Virus record (IMG/VR): IMGVR_UViG_3300023099_000006
Coordinates: 1 to 38,034 of that record
DNA length: 38,034 nt
Source of the DNA: a virus
Strand: one strand, 5' to 3'
Positions 1 to 9,127 of this stretch are shown in pieces. The notes beneath the pieces were generated by a model. It was not told where the DNA came from. It worked only from the letters and a program-made list of their open reading frames with translations, and searched no databases. The position numbers and the translations under genes are program-made. Positions within the stretch are counted from its first letter, which is position 1; every line of letters starts with the position of its first letter.

Positions 1-106
1 GGTATTCATTAAGGAACAAGTGGAAGGAGCAGCAAAGCAGTCAATGTCATCATTGGTAGCAGGACAGTTGCTTGAACTCTTAGACGGCGCTGAAGATAAG
101 AAATAA
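1..106 (+). CDS. Duplicate 3' fragment of hypothetical gene 37714..38013, produced by linearising the circle
   Basis: Identical to 37908..38013. The stop TAA at 104..106 corresponds to 38011..38013. Confidence 0.85.
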   Translation, partial: VFIKEQVEGAAKQSMSSLVAGQLLELLDGAEDKK

Positions 107-127
107 TATGAATGATACACAATTTAC
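1..127. repeat. Exact 127-bp terminal overlap: 1..127 is identical to 37908..38034, so the contig closes into a circle of about 37,907 bp
   Basis: Base-by-base comparison of the two ends. The repeat runs through coding sequence (end of gene 37714..38013 and start of gene 108..263). Confidence 0.95.
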
Positions 128-263
128 AACGCAAGAAGACTCTTCAGAATTAGTAGCTACAATTCACCCAATCTATAAGGATTTAAGTGATGAAAGAAAG
201 CTAAGATTCCTCAATACAATGAAATCATTTGTTGAAGATGAACTAAAGAAGCTAGAATCGTAG
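108..263 (+). CDS. Hypothetical small protein (51 aa)
   Basis: ATG 108, TAG 261..263, hand-translated MNDTQFTTQEDSSELVATIHPIYKDLSDERKLRFLNTMKSFVEDELKKLES. Starts 1 nt after the upstream stop. Confidence 0.5.
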   Translation: MNDTQFTTQEDSSELVATIHPIYKDLSDERKLRFLNTMKSFVEDELKKLES

Positions 264-307
264 TTTTACTCTAACCATACTCATCAGTGGTGGTTAGGAA
301 TAAGATT

Positions 308-538
308 ATGGAAGAAATCATAAAAGAAAAATTCAATCTCACAGAAGTTGATTACATATCAGAAAAGCCAGAAGCAACTTATTGGAAAAGTGGTAATACT
401 TTCGGTTGGATAATGGAACACAAAGGAACTCACTACGGAAGTCATGTAGTAAACGATGTTGAAGTATCTCCAGGAGTGATAAGAAATTGGCTGAAGGAAA
501 ACGTAGAAGAAACACTAAGAGTACTTAATAAAGAGTAG
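308..538 (+). CDS. Hypothetical protein (76 aa from ATG 308; the track ORF starts at GTG 287)
   Basis: ORF track 287..538. The first ATG at 308 is preceded by AGGAA about 9 nt upstream. Confidence 0.6.
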   Translation: MEEIIKEKFNLTEVDYISEKPEATYWKSGNTFGWIMEHKGTHYGSHVVNDVEVSPGVIRNWLKENVEETLRVLNKE

Positions 539-541
539 ATT

Positions 542-970
542 ATGGCAGACGTAGGAAGACCTTCACAATTACAGGACGAACAGTTTCTATTGAAAATTAG
601 AGAGCTTGTTCTTAATGGAGATACAGAGGAAGTTATGCAACAAAAGCTAGAAATAGCAAAGGGTACTTGGGATTACTGGAAATGGAAGAACTATGAGAGT
701 TTCCAAGATAAACTACTTTCGTATAGACATGAACGTATGTTACGTAAGGCTGAAATGAATATTGAAGTCCTCCAAGAGAGTGAAGATGAGAAGGTTAACC
801 TACAGGCTAATACTTTTGTACTTGAAACACTGGGTAAAAAGAACTATTCAAAACGCAGTGAACTAACAGGAGAAGACGGACAAGCTATTAATATGGGAGT
901 AATTATCCTACCAGCAAAGAATGCAACAGCCATCGATACAACAGAAAATACACTGGAAACCTCAAGCTAA
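542..970 (+). CDS. terS: Putative terminase small subunit
   Basis: 142-aa ORF immediately upstream of, and overlapping, the large terminase gene. N-terminal helical/basic region. The call rests mainly on position. Confidence 0.5.
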   Translation: MADVGRPSQLQDEQFLLKIRELVLNGDTEEVMQQKLEIAKGTWDYWKWKNYESFQDKLLSYRHERMLRKAEMNIEVLQESEDEKVNLQANTFVLETLGKKNYSKRSELTGEDGQAINMGVIILPAKNATAIDTTENTLETSS

Positions 971-2258
971 ACAAGAGATAGCTCTAGCTAGAATAGAAGA
1001 CGAGATACTCTTTGGAGGTTCTCGTGGAGGTGGTAAGACTGATGCAGGACAAGCATGGTTACTTTACGATAAAGACAATCCTAAATATCGTGCTCTTGTT
1101 ATCCGTCGTAATGCTACGGACCTAGAAGACTGGATTGACCGTGCTAAAGCTATGTTTGCTCCAGCAGGAGGGGTATTTGTTGGTAATACCTTTAATTTTC
1201 CTAGTGGAGCTCGTATTCGTACAGGGCACTTGAAGGATGATAATGCTTATTCTAAGTACCAAGGACACGAATACCAGAAGATACTCATGGAAGAGCTTAC
1301 GCACATTCCTAATGAAGCAGATTATGAAAAGCTTAGAGCCTCATGTCGTTCAACTGTAGTAGGTATAAAGCCACAGATATTCGCAACGACTAATCCTGAT
1401 GGACCAGGGCGCAAATGGGTAAAGAAACGATGGAATATTCCTGACAGACCAACAGACATAGTTATTTCAAGTGATGAACGAACAGGATTGTCTCGTATAT
1501 TTATTCCTTCAAAGCTACAAGATAACCAAGTATTGATGGAAAACGACCCTGGTTATATAAAACAGCTTGAAAGTATAACTGATGATGAACTTCGAGAGGC
1601 GTGGCTTGAAGGTTCTTGGGCTGGTTTTGGTATCAAAGGCTCATATTACAAGACGCAGATACAACAGGCTCATAAAGAAGGACGTATTAAGAATGTGCCA
1701 TACGAAGCAATGTTACCTGTTTACACATGGTGGGACTTGGGAGTTGGAGATAGTACAGCTATTGGATTCTTTCAGGTATTAGGTAATGAATGGCGCGTAA
1801 TTGACTATTACGAGGCTTCAGGAGAAGGATTGGCGCATTACATAGGCGTATTGAGAGAGAAAGGCTATGTATATGAAGATCATTATGCTCCACATGATAT
1901 TGAGGTACGTGAGTTCAGTTCTGGTAAGTCTCGACTTGAGATGGCAAAGGAATTAGGTATTCATTTTAAAATAGCTCCTAAATTGTCTATTGATGATGGT
2001 ATAAACGCTGCCCGATCAAGGTTTAATACAGTTTACTTTGATGCAGTTAAATGTGAGAGACTGCTTGAAGCACTGGCTAACTACCAAAAGGAATGGAATG
2101 ATAAACTTGGAGACTTCAAGAATGCCCCTCTTCACGACTGGTCATCTCATGCTGCCGATATGTGGAGATATTGGGCGGTAACCCAAATAAGACGACCTGA
2201 TACCGAATTTCAGAATAGAATATTGCGTAACCGTATGAATAGCGGTACGATGAAGTAA
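921..2258 (+). CDS. terL: Terminase large subunit
   Basis: Walker A-like GGSRGGGKT, Walker B-like KILMEELTH, ATTNP coupling motif. C-terminal nuclease-type motifs WWDLGVGDSTAIG and HDWSSHAADMWRY. Confidence 0.9.
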   Translation: MQQPSIQQKIHWKPQAKQEIALARIEDEILFGGSRGGGKTDAGQAWLLYDKDNPKYRALVIRRNATDLEDWIDRAKAMFAPAGGVFVGNTFNFPSGARIRTGHLKDDNAYSKYQGHEYQKILMEELTHIPNEADYEKLRASCRSTVVGIKPQIFATTNPDGPGRKWVKKRWNIPDRPTDIVISSDERTGLSRIFIPSKLQDNQVLMENDPGYIKQLESITDDELREAWLEGSWAGFGIKGSYYKTQIQQAHKEGRIKNVPYEAMLPVYTWWDLGVGDSTAIGFFQVLGNEWRVIDYYEASGEGLAHYIGVLREKGYVYEDHYAPHDIEVREFSSGKSRLEMAKELGIHFKIAPKLSIDDGINAARSRFNTVYFDAVKCERLLEALANYQKEWNDKLGDFKNAPLHDWSSHAADMWRYWAVTQIRRPDTEFQNRILRNRMNSGTMK

Positions 2259-2428
2259 TGAGACCAGCTAAAATACCAAAGGACGCAATACTTAGAGATG
2301 GAAACTACTACAATAAGTATGGAGTGTGCCTAGACTGTAATGACTGGCAGATGGAATGTACTCACAACAACCTAGCTGAATACCAAGGCAAGATAGTCTG
2401 TTCCATGTGTGGCATTGCAATAGATTAA
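2258..2428 (+). CDS. Small zinc-ribbon protein (56 aa)
   Basis: ATG overlaps the terL stop (TAATG). Hand translation gives CLDC...CSMC (two CxxC pairs). Below the track length cutoff. Confidence 0.45.
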   Translation: MRPAKIPKDAILRDGNYYNKYGVCLDCNDWQMECTHNNLAEYQGKIVCSMCGIAID

Positions 2429-2479
2429 AAACGTGCGATAATAAAATCAATAACTGTTTTGTGGGCAGTTTCATCCTAA

Positions 2480-4336
2480 ATGGAACCCAACAAAAATATC
2501 CTATCTATCATCAGAGGCGAGATAAGAGACTTCCTCTATAACTCTATTGAAATCGTACCTGGTTACGTGTTTAACCAATACGACACTATCAAGCGTTGTC
2601 ACCTGTATCTGAACTCACAATTTGAAGACCAAACATTCTATCAGGGAAGACCTAAGCTTTTTGATAACAAAATCAAGCCTAAGCGTGACCGTGTAGCAGC
2701 TTTTCTGAACATCGATACAAAAGACATCAAAGCCATCTCCCGCAGTGGTTCAGACAACCCTTACAAGATGTTGATAGCACAAAAAGAGCTTGATTATTAC
2801 CTCAAGGACAACGATTACGCCCAGAAACTTAACGACATGGCTGAAACATCAGTTGATTTCGGTTCAGTAGTTATTCGAAAGACTAATAAGGGTTCAGAGA
2901 CTGTTGACTTGCGCCGAATGTTTAATGACCCTACTGTTGAAAGCCTGCAGAAGTCACGTTTTCTTACTTTCAAACACCTGTTTACTTCATCCGAACTACG
3001 AGCAAAGGTTAAGGACGGATGGGATGAAGATGTTATCGAAGGAATTATCGAATGGAAGGAACGTCAGATGAACACCAGTAATGCTGGTTCTTCATATGAG
3101 CGTGACGGACAAATCAATATGATTCGTTCAACTCCATACATCGAAGTATATGAACGCTTCGGTGAGGTAGAGAAAGGTTTCTTAGATAAATCAAGTAAGA
3201 AATGGGACAAAACACTCGTTAAATCACTATTCATCGTTGCAGAACCAATGGCTTATTCTAAAGATGCCAACGGTCAATATATGGGTGAAGACGGAGGAAT
3301 ACTTTTTAAGTCAGCATGGACTAAGGATTATCCAGTAGATGAATATCATTACTACAAGACTCCAGGACGTTGGCTTGGTATAGGTGTTGTTGAATCATTG
3401 TTTATCCCACAAGAACGTATCAATGAACTAGCTAACCAGAAACGCTCATCAATGGAACTATCAACGCTCCACTTGTGGCAGACTTCTGAACCTACAATCG
3501 TTAACAACGTACTGACAGACCTACAAAATGGTGATGTGATGATTACAGGTCAAGCAGGGCTAAATCCTATCGTTAATGAAGAGCGTAACCTTGCTGCATT
3601 TGCTTCAGAAGAGCAATATTACCTTAATTCTATTGACGCTATATCATTTGTCTCACCACAAGCAGGAGGCGAACAGGTTCCTTCTTCTACTCCAGCTACT
3701 AATGCTGTTATCCAACAGAACAACACGCTTTCAGTGTTTAACTTCAAGCGTCAGAACTATGCTAACTTCGTTCGCCGATATCTTCGCAAGTTTGTATTGC
3801 CAGGATTGCTACGCCAGATGAGTGTTGAACATATTTTCCGTTTTGCTGGAGATTATGAGCAGATGACTAAGCTTAATCTCGGAGTTGCAACATCATTTGC
3901 TAACCAGAAAGCTCGTGAAATGTTCCTTAAAGGTACAATCGTTACACCTGAGGCTTACCAGGAGATTCTCATGAAGAACATCCAGTCACTCAAGGGTTCT
4001 CAGGAACTTCACCTGCAGATTAACGAGACCTGGTTCAGTGATATAGATTTGGACTTCGATATTCTTATTGATAACGAACAGCAGTCTACTGATGTTATCG
4101 CTAACAATACATGGCAGGTCATCCAAGCACTTTCAGCTAACCCAGAAGCTCTGCAACACCCTGTAACTCGAGCTCTTATCATGGATTATGCCGAAAAGGT
4201 AGGTATCAACCCAACTAAGCTTGAATCTATGGACATGAACCCAGCGTTACAACAGCAAGGACAGTCAATGCCTCAAGTACAAGCACAGCAAGCTCCAGTT
4301 GGTCAGGGAGCTACACAACCAGCTCAAGTAAGATAA
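2480..4336 (+). CDS. Portal protein (putative)
   Basis: 618-aa ORF directly downstream of terL, the usual portal position and size. Q-rich C-terminal tail. Confidence 0.7.
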   Translation: MEPNKNILSIIRGEIRDFLYNSIEIVPGYVFNQYDTIKRCHLYLNSQFEDQTFYQGRPKLFDNKIKPKRDRVAAFLNIDTKDIKAISRSGSDNPYKMLIAQKELDYYLKDNDYAQKLNDMAETSVDFGSVVIRKTNKGSETVDLRRMFNDPTVESLQKSRFLTFKHLFTSSELRAKVKDGWDEDVIEGIIEWKERQMNTSNAGSSYERDGQINMIRSTPYIEVYERFGEVEKGFLDKSSKKWDKTLVKSLFIVAEPMAYSKDANGQYMGEDGGILFKSAWTKDYPVDEYHYYKTPGRWLGIGVVESLFIPQERINELANQKRSSMELSTLHLWQTSEPTIVNNVLTDLQNGDVMITGQAGLNPIVNEERNLAAFASEEQYYLNSIDAISFVSPQAGGEQVPSSTPATNAVIQQNNTLSVFNFKRQNYANFVRRYLRKFVLPGLLRQMSVEHIFRFAGDYEQMTKLNLGVATSFANQKAREMFLKGTIVTPEAYQEILMKNIQSLKGSQELHLQINETWFSDIDLDFDILIDNEQQSTDVIANNTWQVIQALSANPEALQHPVTRALIMDYAEKVGINPTKLESMDMNPALQQQGQSMPQVQAQQAPVGQGATQPAQVR

Positions 4337-4337
4337 T

Positions 4338-4589
4338 ATGGATGATGAAACAAAACTAAAACTCAATAAGTTCGTAGCTGACCCTGACTGGTTTCTTGTT
4401 GAAGACATACTTATGTCATACATTGACCCTCTCAAGTCAGTGAGTTCTATCGATATGAAAGCTTCCAACGACCAAATCGCAAGTGAAGTCCGAGGAAGAC
4501 AGATTGCGATAGAGGGATTGACAAAGTTCCTCAATGAGATGAAAATAGTTAAAGCTAAACCAATTACAAACCCAACAACTTTTAAATAA
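4338..4589 (+). CDS. Hypothetical head-module protein (83 aa)
   Basis: ORF track. Starts 1 nt after the portal stop. Confidence 0.6.
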   Translation: MDDETKLKLNKFVADPDWFLVEDILMSYIDPLKSVSSIDMKASNDQIASEVRGRQIAIEGLTKFLNEMKIVKAKPITNPTTFK

Positions 4590-4590
4590 C

Positions 4591-4737
4591 ATGCATAAAC
4601 CAACACCAAAACCAAAAGGAAAGATGCTACCTGAAGCAGGACCAAACATGACTCCTAATCTTCGAAGAGCACTCAAAGCTCCTATTCCACCTTCAGTCAA
4701 GATGGATAAGAAATCACTAATCAAGGTATACAAATAA
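4591..4737 (+). CDS. Hypothetical small basic, proline-rich protein (48 aa)
   Basis: Hand-translated MHKPTPKPKGKMLPEAGPNMTPNLRRALKAPIPPSVKMDKKSLIKVYK. Fits exactly between neighbours with 1-nt gaps. Confidence 0.4.
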   Translation: MHKPTPKPKGKMLPEAGPNMTPNLRRALKAPIPPSVKMDKKSLIKVYK

Positions 4738-4738
4738 T

Positions 4739-4945
4739 ATGAAACATTCATTACAAAACGATAAGGGTCTCAACGCCACAAAGCCTGTTGAGCCGTACAC
4801 AAGTAAGATTCCTGTATCAGGTCCACGCAGTGCTCCGCAAGAACGTCTCTTGAACGGTAAACTAGCTTCATTCCGAAATGCTGAGAATGATGACGCGCCT
4901 ATACTCGTATCATACAACTCACCAGACCCTCGCAGACAGCGATAA
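4739..4945 (+). CDS. Hypothetical protein (68 aa)
   Basis: ORF track. Co-directional and tightly packed. Confidence 0.5.
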   Translation: MKHSLQNDKGLNATKPVEPYTSKIPVSGPRSAPQERLLNGKLASFRNAENDDAPILVSYNSPDPRRQR

Positions 4946-5025
4946 CATAACGGTATCGACCCGACCAAAACGAACAAACTTTAATACGGTATCATTGCCT
5001 ATATCAATGACTAAAACATATCATT

Positions 5026-5469
5026 ATGAATAATGAAGAAGAGCTAGACTTTGAGCTAGACGAAACCGTTGAGGAAGAGGAAACTCCCCAAGACAAACCT
5101 GAAGCGATTGATTGGAAAGCTACAGCTCTCCGATACAAGAAGAAGCTTGCTAATGTAAAAACTAACAAGCCAGCGCAAAAGGAAGACACATCAGAGACCA
5201 AATCTGAGCTCGCTCGCTTGGAAATGAGAATTGATGGATATTCGGATGAGGCCATCGCCTTCGCAATGAAGAATGGTGGAAAGGAATCTCTGAATGACCC
5301 ATACGTTAAGGCAGCTATCGAAGCAATTCAAGAGCAGAAACGCGCCGAACAAGCTACCGTAGCGTCGGAGACTTCAAAATCAGATATCGAGCGCAAATTT
5401 ACCCAAGAGGAAATCGCCGCTATGTCACCAGAAGAGATGTACAAGATTTTGCCAAAAGCAAGTCAGTAA
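5026..5469 (+). CDS. Scaffolding protein (putative)
   Basis: 147-aa, very acidic and helical (EEELDFELDETVEEEE...), immediately upstream of the capsid gene. Confidence 0.6.
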   Translation: MNNEEELDFELDETVEEEETPQDKPEAIDWKATALRYKKKLANVKTNKPAQKEDTSETKSELARLEMRIDGYSDEAIAFAMKNGGKESLNDPYVKAAIEAIQEQKRAEQATVASETSKSDIERKFTQEEIAAMSPEEMYKILPKASQ

Positions 5470-5545
5470 GCTCATTAAAAACTTAATAGTTCGCTCTCTT
5501 GTATTGAGGTGAAGTCATTTATTCTTTAATCTTTTTTAAATTAAA

Positions 5546-6457
5546 ATGCCTAGCTCTACTACTGGTTTAACAAACCTCATGAGTATCTACTACTCAAAAG
5601 AATTCCTAGCACGCGTTGAATTGGACACACGTTATGACTGGCTCGCGACAAAGAAGACAATGCCACTAAACAGTGGTAAGACTGTGTTCTTTAACCGTTT
5701 CTCTCGTCTTGCTGTTCAGACAACACCTCTTACAGAGTGTATCAACCCAACTGGTTTGGACATGAGTACAACAATCGTTTCAGCTACTATCGCTGAATAC
5801 GGTAACTACGTTAAAGTTTGTTCTCTGTTCGAACTTACATCTATTGATGAAAACCTCCGCGAACACGTTTCTGTGATTGCACAGAACGCTGCGGAGACAC
5901 TTGATATCTTGATTGCTGCAGAAATGTCAGCTAACTCAACTATCCAGTACGCTAATAACAAGGTTGCTGTATCTGCACTTGCGACTTCTGACACACTCGA
6001 TGGTCAGGATATCCGTCGTGCAGTTCGTACTCTTCGTCGTAACGGCGCTAAAGTTTTCTCAGATGGTTACTTCCATGGAATCGTTCCAGTATCATCAGAA
6101 TTCGACCTCCGTGCCGATCCTGAATGGTTGGACGCATATCGTTATACAGACGCTGAAAACATCCGCAATGGTGAAATTGGCCGTCTCCACGGTGTGAAGT
6201 TCATGGATACTAACGCTGAAGTCTCTCAAGCTTCTACTACTACAGTGTACTCATCGTTCATCGCTGGACGTGACGCGCTTGGTATCATTAGTCTTGCTGG
6301 ACAGCCTGGTTCACGTATTATCGTTAAGACTCCTGGAGATCAGGACACGTCTAACCCACTCAACATGTTTAGTACTGTTGGATGGCACGCATACTTTGTA
6401 GCCAAAGTTCTCAACAGTAGTTGGATTGTTCAGATTCTTGCAGGTACTCTTGCTTAA
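5546..6457 (+). CDS. Major capsid protein (HK97-fold; resembles the N4-gp56-type family from memory)
   Basis: 303 aa, positioned after the scaffold gene. N-terminal pattern YSKEFL...LNSGKTVFFNRFSRL...TPLTE...P.G is typical of that capsid family. Strong hairpin just downstream. Confidence 0.75.
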   Translation: MPSSTTGLTNLMSIYYSKEFLARVELDTRYDWLATKKTMPLNSGKTVFFNRFSRLAVQTTPLTECINPTGLDMSTTIVSATIAEYGNYVKVCSLFELTSIDENLREHVSVIAQNAAETLDILIAAEMSANSTIQYANNKVAVSALATSDTLDGQDIRRAVRTLRRNGAKVFSDGYFHGIVPVSSEFDLRADPEWLDAYRYTDAENIRNGEIGRLHGVKFMDTNAEVSQASTTTVYSSFIAGRDALGIISLAGQPGSRIIVKTPGDQDTSNPLNMFSTVGWHAYFVAKVLNSSWIVQILAGTLA

Positions 6458-6487
6458 ATCTAAACACATTCTGTAATCTGTTCGTTG

Positions 6488-6520
6488 CATGGGGGAAGTC
6501 TCACACGATTTTCCCCCATG
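6488..6520 (+). terminator. 10-bp perfect hairpin after the capsid gene (CATGGGGGAA / TTCCCCCATG, 13-nt loop)
   Basis: Read directly from the sequence. There is no clear T-run, so it may be an mRNA-stabilising or partial terminator. Confidence 0.5.
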
Positions 6521-6566
6521 TTCGTGTGACAATGAACAACAAGAGACGAACTAACTAATAACATTT

Positions 6567-6842
6567 ATGGATTCAAAAACATTTGAACAAAAAATTAAAC
6601 AGGAAATTGACCAAAGATTGTATCTTGAGCCGACCAACGAAACAGACCTTGACCGTGTCATGATTAACATTGAAGGAAAGCTCAAGCCTATCTATCTCTG
6701 TGCCTTTCCCAAGGCTGGAGTTAAGGAGGAGCTTGATTCAAACTATGTATCAGACCGTGGAGACGTATTCCCTAACAGAGAGATACTTGAAGCAAAAATA
6801 AGAACTAAGATTGACAACCTAGACCTAGAACTATATGACTAA
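6567..6842 (+). CDS. Hypothetical head-completion/connector-region protein (91 aa)
   Basis: ORF track; call is by position. Confidence 0.6.
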   Translation: MDSKTFEQKIKQEIDQRLYLEPTNETDLDRVMINIEGKLKPIYLCAFPKAGVKEELDSNYVSDRGDVFPNREILEAKIRTKIDNLDLELYD

Positions 6843-7182
6843 TGATATAAACCAGGAAGATTTTGCCAAGATTGACGCATCGGCATCACTTATTGCAAAG
6901 GAAAAGTTCAACATCAAGAAACAGGTTAATAAGCATTTCCTTGTAGAACCTTCTAGTGGCCAGGTATATATGATCGCATTTGGTAACGGAGAGAAGAATG
7001 AGACCAATCCAAAGGGTTTTTATGCCTACTGGGTGTGGTATTTCAATGAAGAACCGTACGGAGGGCTCATTAATTGTGTCCTTACTGACCGTTACGACTC
7101 AATAGACTACTTTGTATCTTGCATGGGTAACGCGGAAGAAACTATTAAGACAGTCATCAATGCCAAAGAAGAAAACAATTAA
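6835..7182 (+). CDS. Hypothetical protein (115 aa)
   Basis: ORF track. Has an 8-nt overlap with the upstream gene. Confidence 0.6.
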   Translation: MTNDINQEDFAKIDASASLIAKEKFNIKKQVNKHFLVEPSSGQVYMIAFGNGEKNETNPKGFYAYWVWYFNEEPYGGLINCVLTDRYDSIDYFVSCMGNAEETIKTVINAKEENN

Positions 7183-8122
7183 GATTTTGATGGTCAACAG
7201 ACCAGAAAATCAATGGATAGGGGGCGATTTCATCAAATTAAAAGCCGTAGCTGAAGAGTTGCGTCTTTTAGGTGTTGAAGTAGACATATTCGAAATGGAA
7301 ACACTTGGTATGAACGAATGGTACGGAGTTGAGAGCTACGATATTGTACATACCTGGAACTTCTCTATGCTTTGGAGCAAATATGCCATCTGGTTGGGAG
7401 GAAAGAAAAAGAAAAAGCTTGTTTCGTCGATGATTTATCACGACACAGATGTTTTCATTGATTACAAGCTTCAACAGGTGATGATGGACCACATGGACGC
7501 CTGCATTTACGAGACTGAAAGCGAAATCGAACGAGTAAAGAAACATCTTACCCCAAAGAACTCACATATTATTCCAAATGGCGTAGATTCATGGTGGTTT
7601 GAGCCAGATGAGGGAAATGTACCATTCGAGGGCTATGTGCTCACTGTGGGCCGTATAGAGCCTAATAAGGGGCAATTAGCGACTGCAGAAGCATGCCGTG
7701 AGCTAGGATTGCAATACGTCTGCATAGGCGAGATAACAGACCAGGTTTACGCAGAGAAATGCCTTGCGCAAGGTGCAATGCTTTATCCAGCTATGACCAA
7801 GGAAAAGTTAAAGCGTTGGTACAAGAATTGTGCTGTCTATGCCCAAGTATCTAAGAGTGAAACATGGGGAATGGCGGTTGATGAAGCTGGTACGCAAGGT
7901 GCTCGATTGGTTTTATCCACTGGATTCGAGAGACAAGACATACCAGACGCTGTATACTGTGATCATGACAATACAAACCTTATTACCCAAGCGTTACAGC
8001 AAGCACTTTCTCAGCCGAGAGGAGAAAGATTTAAGTTACAGCTCAAAAAAAGGACGTGGAAAAAGCACGCGCAAGAAATCCTCAAAATCTACAAAGAAAT
8101 CTTAAAACAAACAAATGAATAA
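7160..8122 (+). CDS. GT-B fold glycosyltransferase (GT1/GT4-like)
   Basis: C-terminal pattern SETWGMAVDEAGTQGARLVLS resembles the E-x7-E motif of GT4 enzymes. IEPNKGQ is also typical. Start chosen at ATG 7160 (MPKKKTIKILMV); the track ORF begins at 7112. Confidence 0.7.
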   Translation: MPKKKTIKILMVNRPENQWIGGDFIKLKAVAEELRLLGVEVDIFEMETLGMNEWYGVESYDIVHTWNFSMLWSKYAIWLGGKKKKKLVSSMIYHDTDVFIDYKLQQVMMDHMDACIYETESEIERVKKHLTPKNSHIIPNGVDSWWFEPDEGNVPFEGYVLTVGRIEPNKGQLATAEACRELGLQYVCIGEITDQVYAEKCLAQGAMLYPAMTKEKLKRWYKNCAVYAQVSKSETWGMAVDEAGTQGARLVLSTGFERQDIPDAVYCDHDNTNLITQALQQALSQPRGERFKLQLKKRTWKKHAQEILKIYKEILKQTNE

Positions 8123-8765
8123 AAAATTTTCAATCATCTGTCCTACATTTAACCGACCTCACATGATTAACCGTGCAATCATGGCTATTCTTGACCAAGA
8201 TTACGATAACTGGGAGCTCATCATTCAAAATGGTGGAGATACTATAAAAAATATAGTGCCAAAAGATCCTCGCATTAAACTCTTTGAAGAAAAAGATAAC
8301 GGTATTACCGACGCCATGAACAAGGGTATGGCTAAGGCTACAGGTGATATATTTACTTGGATCAATGATGACGATGAAATGAACCAGGAAACACTTAAAT
8401 GGGTTGATGAAAACCTAGAAAAAGAATGGGGATATGGAATCATTATGATGACTGATGGTACTCGAAGCTTTGAATGGGGAGATGTAGGGACTAATGCTAC
8501 ATTCACTAACTTAGTTGAAGGAAACTTTGTACCACAACCTTCAGTCTTTTGGACTCGGAAGGCTTATGAAACAGTAGGTGGAATGGATGAATCAGAAGAC
8601 CTAACAAGTGACTATGAATACTGGATGCGTCTTTGGAAAGCATTTGAACCTCAGAAGTTTCAGAGACTTATGGCAACCTATCACTTGCACCCAGGACAGA
8701 TTACACAGACTCAAACCGAAGAGCAGATGCGTCAAGCTCGAGAGACAGCTAAGAAATACCGATAA
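8115..8765 (+). CDS. Family-2 (GT-A fold) glycosyltransferase
   Basis: N-terminal FSIICPTFNRPHMINRAIMAILDQDYDNWELIIQNGG and an acidic DxD-type motif WINDDDE. Confidence 0.75.
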   Translation: MNKKFSIICPTFNRPHMINRAIMAILDQDYDNWELIIQNGGDTIKNIVPKDPRIKLFEEKDNGITDAMNKGMAKATGDIFTWINDDDEMNQETLKWVDENLEKEWGYGIIMMTDGTRSFEWGDVGTNATFTNLVEGNFVPQPSVFWTRKAYETVGGMDESEDLTSDYEYWMRLWKAFEPQKFQRLMATYHLHPGQITQTQTEEQMRQARETAKKYR

Positions 8766-9127
8766 TGAATCCAGCAATTCTACCAGAGTTGGAAAGACTG
8801 CTGCCTGAGAGAGGCTATTTCGTGGAAGTCGGTGCTTATGACGGCGAATCTCACTCTTTGACATGTGCTTTGGCTGACAAGGGATGGTCAGGAGAATACT
8901 TCGAACCTGTACCAGAGTATTACGAACGCTGCAAGAAAAGACATGAGCAAAACGATGTAGGAGTTCATAATCTAGCAATAGGCGATGGTTCAGAGATTAC
9001 ACTCAATGTAAATGGTGAATTAACTTCATCAAAATCATATGTTGCAGAAGTATTCGCTAACGCTGGATGGACCGTTGACGAACATTTATTAGAACATTTT
9101 CAATTTGTAGTTGCACATAATGAGTAA
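8765..9127 (+). CDS. FkbM-like SAM methyltransferase, unusually short (120 aa)
   Basis: FVEVGAYDGESH (motif I-like) and YFEPVPEYYERC resemble the FkbM/Methyltransf_21 N-terminal half. I could not see the C-terminal half. Confidence 0.45.
   Translation: MNPAILPELERLLPERGYFVEVGAYDGESHSLTCALADKGWSGEYFEPVPEYYERCKKRHEQNDVGVHNLAIGDGSEITLNVNGELTSSKSYVAEVFANAGWTVDEHLLEHFQFVVAHNE

Noticed and set aside
1-127. Physical direct terminal repeats (T7-style DTR)
   Set aside because: The repeat bisects coding sequence on both sides and is exactly 127 bp, a common assembler k-mer length. An assembly overlap of a circular or permuted genome is the simpler reading. Only read-terminus analysis could overturn this.
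1122-5255. Track ORFs antisense to, or out of frame within, the terL, portal and scaffold genes (1122..1304-, 1582..1782+, 2292..2474-, 3576..3821+, 4265..4645-, 4437..4751-, 4717..4977-, 5004..5255-)
   Set aside because: They are fully embedded in, or antisense to, longer ORFs with recognisable motifs. Their composition is low-complexity or odd, and they have no independent start context.
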